DNA from: a virus
Virus record (IMG/VR): IMGVR_UViG_3300045988_168756
Strand: one strand, 5' to 3'
DNA: 17,539 nucleotides
In this document: positions 1-4,826 of the stretch, in pieces
Position numbering within the stretch: the stretch's first letter is position 1
Layout of the letters: the number at the start of each line of letters is the position of its first letter
Program-made: the position numbers and the translations under genes
The notes under the pieces: generated by a model
What the model was told of the DNA's origin: nothing
The model's database searches: none
What the model saw: the letters and a program-made list of their open reading frames with translations, nothing else

Positions 1-73
1 CCCTGGGGGTTGCGGCCCCAAAACATGCACTTTGGAAAACCAAAATCCCTGTCCTCCCTTACGAAAATAAAGC

Positions 74-102
74 TTGCATTTTCCAGCACACTATGCTATA
101 AT
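74..102 (+). promoter_or_regulatory. Early promoter in ITR-L (sigma-A type)
   Basis: TTGCAT (74-79), 17-nt spacer, TATAAT (97-102), preceded by TGc (extended -10). It lies about 45 nt upstream of the first ITR gene and faces inward. Confidence 0.7.
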
Positions 103-146
103 GATTATAGAAACAAGATATAGGGATTCAGAAAGAGAGGTACATT

Positions 147-314
147 ATGGTAAGTAAATATGGAGAATTTAAAGGTTATGATTGGAACACTGGTTTGTAC
201 ATTTCTCGTTATTGGGCAAAGCACTATTATCCTGAACGAGTAGCAGTTAAGGTAGAAGGTGGATATAAAACAATGACTCATGACGAATATAGAATATGGA
301 GGAATCAGAAATGA
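147..314 (+). CDS. Hypothetical early protein, 55 aa, aromatic-rich (ITR copy L)
   Basis: Not in the ORF track because it is under 60 aa. ATG at 147 is preceded by AGAAAGAGAGG with 6-nt spacing. Translation is MVSKYGEFKGYDWNTGLYISRYWAKHYYPERVAVKVEGGYKTMTHDEYRIWRNQK. The stop TGA at 312-314 overlaps the next ATG (ATGA coupling). It is the first gene after the promoter. Confidence 0.6.
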   Translation: MVSKYGEFKGYDWNTGLYISRYWAKHYYPERVAVKVEGGYKTMTHDEYRIWRNQK

Positions 315-511
315 CAAAAGTTTCTACTTTAAAATTCGGAGATTTATATATGTGCAATTCAGCATGGAATGAAGATACCTACATCGAATTATTAGATGAC
401 TCAGAGAACACAGTAACTTGTAAAGCTAGACACGCTTATTATTTCTTTCCAGATGCAGAAGTAAGTTGTTTCAAAGAAAATCAAGTAATATTCAGAGGGA
501 AGGTGTTATAA
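311..511 (+). CDS. Hypothetical early protein, 66 aa (ITR copy L)
   Basis: This is track ORF 296-511. I prefer the start at ATG 311 (MTKVSTLKF...), because GGAGG at 298-302 lies 8 nt upstream and ATG 296 has no RBS. The stop TAA at 509-511 overlaps the next start (TAATG). Confidence 0.65.
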   Translation: MTKVSTLKFGDLYMCNSAWNEDTYIELLDDSENTVTCKARHAYYFFPDAEVSCFKENQVIFRGKVL

Positions 512-762
512 TGAATCACGAACAACTAGTATTAAAAGCGGTTCTCACCGCAAGAAAATACAACAAACAACTGAATAAGGAAGTTCTTATCTATAAGTAC
601 TCTCTCATATCTGACTCTCTTCTGAAAGCTTACATTGACGAACTCAATCTAATCCACGCAGAAGAGCAAGAATTCATTCCCGACGAGCCAGCAGACGAAT
701 ACGACTGCGAACCAGAGTACTACGAATACGAACACTATAACGACTATCTTTGGAACATGTAA
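511..762 (+). CDS. Hypothetical early protein, 83 aa, with a strongly acidic Tyr-rich C-terminus (ITR copy L)
   Basis: This is track ORF 466-762. I prefer the start at ATG 511 (MNHEQLVLK...), preceded by GAGGGAAGGTG. The C-terminal tail reads EEQEFIPDEPADEYDCEPEYYEYEHYNDYLWNM. Confidence 0.7.
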   Translation: MNHEQLVLKAVLTARKYNKQLNKEVLIYKYSLISDSLLKAYIDELNLIHAEEQEFIPDEPADEYDCEPEYYEYEHYNDYLWNM

Positions 763-775
763 AGGAGGATACAAA

Positions 776-1096
776 ATGAACTTAGATGCAATTCAATCCA
801 TCATGGAACAGTTAGTAGAGCAAACTTGCTCAGATAATCTCAGACTCTATCGCAATGATAGAGTCTGTTGTATAGAAACAAGTGAGGGCGAATCATTTTC
901 CGCTTATGTAAATGAGTTCGGATGTATAACTCTTAATTCGCATTTCACCGGTTCAAATGTTATTAATGGAATAACATCCACATCTAAATTATACATTTCA
1001 TTGTCAACCTTTGAAACAGCCCTAGAATATAATATGATGCATTATTTTCCAGACTATATAGAACGTCTTAAGAACGCCGCATTATGGGAGGATTAA
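776..1096 (+). CDS. Hypothetical early protein, 106 aa (ITR copy L)
   Basis: ORF with AAAGGAGGA 7 nt upstream of the ATG. I recognise no motif. Confidence 0.7.
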   Translation: MNLDAIQSIMEQLVEQTCSDNLRLYRNDRVCCIETSEGESFSAYVNEFGCITLNSHFTGSNVINGITSTSKLYISLSTFETALEYNMMHYFPDYIERLKNAALWED

Positions 1097-1098
1097 AT

Positions 1099-1185
1099 AT
1101 GACAAATATAAATTTTCAGATTCAAGAATTTTTTTGAGCGAAATATTTACACATTTCTTGATGTTATACCAGCTAGGTATTATGA
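1099..1185 (+). pseudogene. Decayed left-arm remnant of the right-arm gene 16136-16441
   Basis: ATG 1099 with the same RBS as the right copy. The first 8 codons (MTNINFQI) lie inside the perfect ITR. Beyond 1123 the sequence diverges and reaches TGA at 1135-1137 after 12 codons. Roughly two-thirds nucleotide identity to the right copy, with a 1-nt indel, remains visible by eye to about 1185 (for example the shared CCAGCTAG and TATGAAGTTTC blocks). Confidence 0.7.
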
Positions 1186-1288
1186 AGTTTCGGTATTTTA
1201 ATCACCTGAGTCAAGAACTACCTTTATCTATTTTCCTTGTAGGTGGGGTGGTCAAACCTTCAATCCAACCCAAAGGAGGTGAATCCAC

Positions 1289-1441
1289 ATGATAGTACTA
1301 AACTATGTTCTAATCGTACTCTCCCTAGTACTCTTCATTTACTCCGGAGACACGAACATACTAATCGCAGTAGGTCTGTTCTCAATCGCGCAATCGATAA
1401 CAAACCTCAAAGTAAACATCCATAAGAAATCTCGCTATTAG
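1289..1441 (+). CDS. Small hydrophobic (predicted membrane) protein, 50 aa
   Basis: Not in the track. AAAGGAGGTG lies 7 nt upstream of ATG 1289. Translation is MIVLNYVLIVLSLVLFIYSGDTNILIAVGLFSIAQSITNLKVNIHKKSRY, giving one or two hydrophobic segments and a basic tail. A hairpin terminator follows. Confidence 0.6.
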   Translation: MIVLNYVLIVLSLVLFIYSGDTNILIAVGLFSIAQSITNLKVNIHKKSRY

Positions 1442-1449
1442 TAACAAGG

Positions 1450-1474
1450 CGGTGGAGTCAAAACGGCTCCACCG
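1450..1474. terminator. Hairpin between convergent transcription units (likely bidirectional terminator)
   Basis: CGGTGGAG (1450-1457) pairs with CTCCACCG (1467-1474), extendable by T-G and C-G pairs around an AAAAC loop. It lies between the end of the plus-strand left early operon and the stop of the minus-strand endolysin gene. The flanking T-tracts are weak. Confidence 0.5.
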
Positions 1475-1485
1475 TTCTTATGTTA

Positions 1486-2337
1486 TTAAGGCTTAATCAA
1501 AATTCCAGCTTTAAGCAAATTCAGCATAAGTACATTCTGTTCAGCTGTTCCTTTATAATCAAGGATTCCATTCACAGCCGCAATCTTTTTCCTGTACTCA
1601 TAACTTCCATCGAAACCGATACTTTCTAAAGCTTTGCTGATACTCTCTCCGTTAAACACGTCATTCAGAAACAGTTCGTACAGTTCTTTTGGATGCAGAC
1701 TTAAAATGCTTTCGTCAAACGCGTTAAGGTCAACTTTCTGTTTGATTCCATCCACAAAACCTTTGCTCGTATACTGCCAACCTATCTGATTCGGTAAATT
1801 CGGGTTCAAACTTCCCACAGGAATATCTTCCTCAATAGGGTAAGAATTTATTTTATTATCGTGTGGGTATCTAGCCGCCCACACAATAGGCTGTAATTTT
1901 AGCACTTCATCATGGTTGAAATTATGTTCATTCCAAAATGATAATCCTGTGTACAGTCCAAATTTAAAACCGGCTTCTTTAATCATATTTGCTTCATAAC
2001 AAATAAGATTAGTAAGTTTTTCTGAACCTAATTTGCGCAAACTGTCGTCTTCTACATCCAGATAGATAACAGAAACATTGTCTTTAAAAACATCTAATAA
2101 AAGATTTAGTACACCTTTTATTTCCTCATACGCATCGGCCTGATTGGTGGCATACATATATTTGTAAACATCATATGGAATCCCATATAATTTGCATGAA
2201 GCCGCACGGTCATAAAATAGTGCATCCGGTTTATTATTTTTTGTAGTAGCTCTTAAAATCGCATACTCAATTTTTTTGTGCGCCTTGTCCCAATCAATAT
2301 CTGTTTGAAACGCACTTAAATCCACACCTTTAATCAT
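1486..2337 (-). CDS. Endolysin: N-terminal GH25 muramidase plus a short C-terminal putative wall-binding module
   Basis: The N-terminus KGVDLSAFQTDIDWDKAHKKIEYAILRAT matches the GH25 signature (GIDVSxxQGxIDWxxV...FAIIRA). The C-terminal ~50 aa (YRKKIAAVNGILDYKGTAEQNVLMLNLLKAG) resembles a short helical module seen at the ends of Firmicute phage lysins; this is from memory and tentative. It is the last gene of the lysis cassette and overlaps the holin stop by 8 nt. Confidence 0.8.
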   Translation of the reverse strand: MIKGVDLSAFQTDIDWDKAHKKIEYAILRATTKNNKPDALFYDRAASCKLYGIPYDVYKYMYATNQADAYEEIKGVLNLLLDVFKDNVSVIYLDVEDDSLRKLGSEKLTNLICYEANMIKEAGFKFGLYTGLSFWNEHNFNHDEVLKLQPIVWAARYPHDNKINSYPIEEDIPVGSLNPNLPNQIGWQYTSKGFVDGIKQKVDLNAFDESILSLHPKELYELFLNDVFNGESISKALESIGFDGSYEYRKKIAAVNGILDYKGTAEQNVLMLNLLKAGILIKP

Positions 2338-2788
2338 GCAAGTTTTCCTCCCCTTTTTTATTAATCTTTCCTCTTACGTCTTTAACATAGCGAGTTAAAA
2401 AGTCAGGTATCGGCACTCCCAAACCAGCAACGTTTTCCAGAATACTGAGCAACTCATTTAAGATAAACCATACAGTTACCAGTAAACCGAAGAACATTGT
2501 AATCTCATATTTCAGCCCCATAATAGACATCGCATACATGATAATGTAATCAAAGAACATAGCTACAATTATCACGCATAAATATCCTACCTTTTTAACA
2601 ATTCCCTTAACACTCGCTTTAGAGCTTAAACCTTCTTTTTCCGCGTTGTTTGCACAGCCACTAATAAAATCCACAACCATGCAGCACAGCAGTATAACCA
2701 TGACTGGAAACATAGCTTGCGTTTCTGCCGTTATCCATGTAAGTAAAAGTGTAAGTCCGCTGTGTATTGCTATCTCCACATTTTTCAT
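2330..2788 (-). CDS. Holin (Phage_holin_4_1 / TcdE-like family)
   Basis: 152 aa with several hydrophobic helices and the family-typical stretch DFISG....EGLSSKASVKGIVKKVGYL. It sits immediately upstream of the endolysin. Confidence 0.8.
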   Translation of the reverse strand: MKNVEIAIHSGLTLLLTWITAETQAMFPVMVILLCCMVVDFISGCANNAEKEGLSSKASVKGIVKKVGYLCVIIVAMFFDYIIMYAMSIMGLKYEITMFFGLLVTVWFILNELLSILENVAGLGVPIPDFLTRYVKDVRGKINKKGEENLHD

Positions 2789-2793
2789 GATTT

Positions 2794-3549
2794 CTATCCT
2801 TTCGGTTTGTAGTACCCGTTTCCAATAAAATAAAACAAGGTATCTCTATATTTTACAATATCTGTACTAATACGTCTAACTTGCCACGGTAAAAAATACA
2901 ATGGATTATGTGTCATTTTAAGATAAAAATTACCATTCCATTCCCACAAGTATAAATATTCATTTTCCGGTTCCGGCTCAGGTGGCGGATCAGGTGGGGG
3001 AGTAGGAGGTTCAGGCGGCGGTTCTGGTTCTCCTTGAGCAAGTACCTGATACCAGTACCATGCTTGACTTCCGCGCTTTGGCTGATTCTGATTGCTAGGA
3101 CGTTCATAATTTTTCAACCATACGTCGGCAAGGTATTTGACGCACTGTTCGTCTGTCATTCCAATGCTGGTGTCAGGCGTATATTTTATGAACTCAGCAA
3201 ACGATAATGGATATTTACTTGTAGGGGAATACTGTTCTCGATTTTCAAGTTCCCATTGTATACGTGCAAGTTGGTGTTCATAATTGCTGTAGTCTGTCCA
3301 GCCATTTTCTCTACACCAATTAAAGTACTTTGTTGCTGGTGTCCACTGAACCAGACCGTAACCTCCACTGGTATTTCCCGCATTTAACCCTTCCCAGATT
3401 CCCGGATTAAAAGTACTTTCTGTCTGCAAGTTACCGAACATTCCAGCAATCGCATATTCTGTCCATCCCATAGCTTTGAATAATGGCCATAGTTCTGTAG
3501 CGTTTTCTGTCATGTCCGGTAACTGTAAGTACGCGTTACTGGTTATCAT
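2794..3549 (-). CDS. Tail-associated peptidoglycan hydrolase (phage tail lysozyme type), with a Pro-rich linker and an unknown aromatic C-terminal domain
   Basis: The N-terminal domain carries GNLQTESTFNP....GGYGLVQWT, the pattern of the phage tail lysozyme family. The linker EPEPPPEPPTPPPDPPPEPEPE follows, then about 55 aa rich in Tyr, Trp and Phe. It occupies the position of phi29 gp13. Confidence 0.7.
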   Translation of the reverse strand: MITSNAYLQLPDMTENATELWPLFKAMGWTEYAIAGMFGNLQTESTFNPGIWEGLNAGNTSGGYGLVQWTPATKYFNWCRENGWTDYSNYEHQLARIQWELENREQYSPTSKYPLSFAEFIKYTPDTSIGMTDEQCVKYLADVWLKNYERPSNQNQPKRGSQAWYWYQVLAQGEPEPPPEPPTPPPDPPPEPEPENEYLYLWEWNGNFYLKMTHNPLYFLPWQVRRISTDIVKYRDTLFYFIGNGYYKPKG

Positions 3550-4340
3550 TTTTTAGCAAGTGTTATTTCTATACTAAAATTAAGTCTTCCAGCGCTTTGC
3601 GCGTCTTGACCGTAAACTAAACTTAATCTTGTTACTTCATTTGATAATTCTTTTTCAGCGGTAGTTGGAAAATTTGAATTGAAGTAGTGAAATATTACTT
3701 CTCCTGACACGTCATTTTCTCTAACTACAAGAGATGAGCCAGTGCCTGAAGAACTTCCATTTATTAAATTAACCTTTGAAATTTTAGTTCCGTCAGGCGC
3801 GTCTACGCTAAAGTTATTTGTTTTGTTTCCACTTGCAAGGTTTGGAGCCCATGAGCCAATGGAATAATTTGTTTTTATTATTGTAACTTTAGGTGTTGAT
3901 TCAAGTGCTGTAACCCTCGCGTCCAGTCCATTAATCTGACTCACATTTCCCTGAGCCTGCTGTAACGCCGCATTGGCATCTGTGCTAGCCTGATTCGCCG
4001 CATTCACAGCCGCTGTAGAATTGGTATTAGCCTGACCAGATTTTGTAGCCGCATCATTTGCTTGAGTCAACGCAGTCTGAACTTTAGTTTCTATGGTATC
4101 TGCTAACCCGCTAATACTATCCACCTGATTCTGAGTCTCAGTCAACGTTTCCTCAGCGTCCCCAATTCTCGCGTTGGCTTCATCCATTTTGTTGGAACCT
4201 TCACCAGCAGAATTTTTGTTGTCATTCATCCCCTTGTCGATAATTCCCATTGCATCATTAAAGTCTCCAAGGAAAGTGGGTTTATCGGTGTCGATGTACT
4301 GCGGAAGGCCATAGTTGGGTGTTTTGTTTGTACTACTCAT
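3546..4340 (-). CDS. Tail fibre / receptor-binding protein candidate
   Basis: The N-terminus PNYGLPQYIDTDKPTFLGDFNDAMGIIDKGMN matches a motif common at tail-fibre N-termini. It is followed by an A/N/T/Q-rich helical stalk, the motif INGLDARVTALE, and a ~110-aa beta-looking C-terminal domain. Its stop and the next gene's start form an ATGA overlap. Confidence 0.6.
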   Translation of the reverse strand: MSSTNKTPNYGLPQYIDTDKPTFLGDFNDAMGIIDKGMNDNKNSAGEGSNKMDEANARIGDAEETLTETQNQVDSISGLADTIETKVQTALTQANDAATKSGQANTNSTAAVNAANQASTDANAALQQAQGNVSQINGLDARVTALESTPKVTIIKTNYSIGSWAPNLASGNKTNNFSVDAPDGTKISKVNLINGSSSGTGSSLVVRENDVSGEVIFHYFNSNFPTTAEKELSNEVTRLSLVYGQDAQSAGRLNFSIEITLAKK

Positions 4341-4379
4341 TTTGAATTCCTCCTTATAGATGTTTCACGTGAAACATTA

Positions 4380-4826
4380 TTAACCATTTTCCAGAGCGGC
4401 TATTCTCTGGTCTAAACCAGAAATGGAAATAGCAACATTATTGTTTGCTTGCTGGGCTTGTGTAACCAGAGCGACCGATTTACTCACGCTGTCTGTCGCA
4501 TTGTTTGCATTTGTCAAAGAAGTGTTAGCAAGTTTAGCGGCATTTGTCGCAACTGTCACAGCCGTAGTGGCGTTGCCGTCCTGTTCATGAAATTTTGCTT
4601 CTGCCAATGTTAACTGTTCCCTCATGTTAACATTAATTGAAATTATCTGTGCTACTCTAGCAATGATTTCATTTGCCCGCTGTAAAATCCGGTTTGCAAG
4701 TGTTCCATTGCTGTTCATATCCGTATCAATTTCTGCGAAATTTGCTGTCCAATCTTCATTGGGATACGGCGCATCCATTTTGTTGTAAATTCCGAGCTTG
4801 TAGTATGGAGTCTGTCTTGTAAACAT
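4380..4826 (-). CDS. Tail fibre-like protein, a short paralogue of 3546-4340 without the C-terminal domain
   Basis: It shares the N-terminal pattern (PYYKLGIYNKMD...NFAEIDTDMNSN), the A/N/T stalk and a terminal ISGLDQRIAALENG motif with the neighbouring gene. Its start overlaps the upstream stop (TAATG). Confidence 0.55.
   Translation of the reverse strand: MFTRQTPYYKLGIYNKMDAPYPNEDWTANFAEIDTDMNSNGTLANRILQRANEIIARVAQIISINVNMREQLTLAEAKFHEQDGNATTAVTVATNAAKLANTSLTNANNATDSVSKSVALVTQAQQANNNVAISISGLDQRIAALENG

Larger units (their letters stand above)
1..1122. repeat. Left inverted terminal repeat (ITR-L)
   Basis: Reverse complement of 16418-17539. All ORF translations are identical in both arms. 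Bases 1-140, the junction at 750-780 and the boundary at 1081-1122 were compared base by base with the right arm. Identity breaks at 1123 (left C, right-arm equivalent G). Confidence 0.9.

Noticed and set aside
105-317. 70-aa minus-strand ORF in ITR-L, with its mirror at 17223-17435 on the plus strand
   Set aside because: It runs antisense to the promoter-proximal ORFs 147-314 and 311-511, which have good RBSs and ATGA coupling. It has no RBS, and its translation is low-complexity and hydrophobic, as is typical of the reverse frame of AT-rich coding DNA.
296-762. Longer N-terminal versions of the ITR ORFs (starts at 296 and 466 in the track)
   Set aside because: The upstream ATGs lack Shine-Dalgarno sequences. 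The internal ATGs at 311 and 511 have GGAGG-type RBSs at correct spacing and form overlaps with the preceding stop codons.
1205-1300. Possible further left/right homology (GGAGGTGAATCCACATGA at about 1275-1292 versus GGAGGTGAATTAACATATGA inside the right-arm gene 16136-16441)
   Set aside because: It is a short match dominated by an RBS-like GGAGGTGA string, and the flanks do not align by eye. It cannot be distinguished from chance without a statistical alignment.
1243-1425. 60-aa plus-strand ORF (MGWSNLQSNPKEV...)
   Set aside because: It overlaps ORF 1289-1441 in another frame. That ORF has a strong AAAGGAGGTG RBS and a coherent membrane-protein sequence. The 60-aa ORF has a non-ATG start, no RBS and a hydrophilic, low-information sequence.
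2958-3023. Repetitive GGTTC/GGCGG-type DNA that looks like a short tandem repeat
   Set aside because: It is simply the coding sequence of the Glu/Pro-rich interdomain linker of the tail lysin. The repeats are imperfect and there is no spacer-repeat organisation, so it is not a CRISPR array or a satellite.
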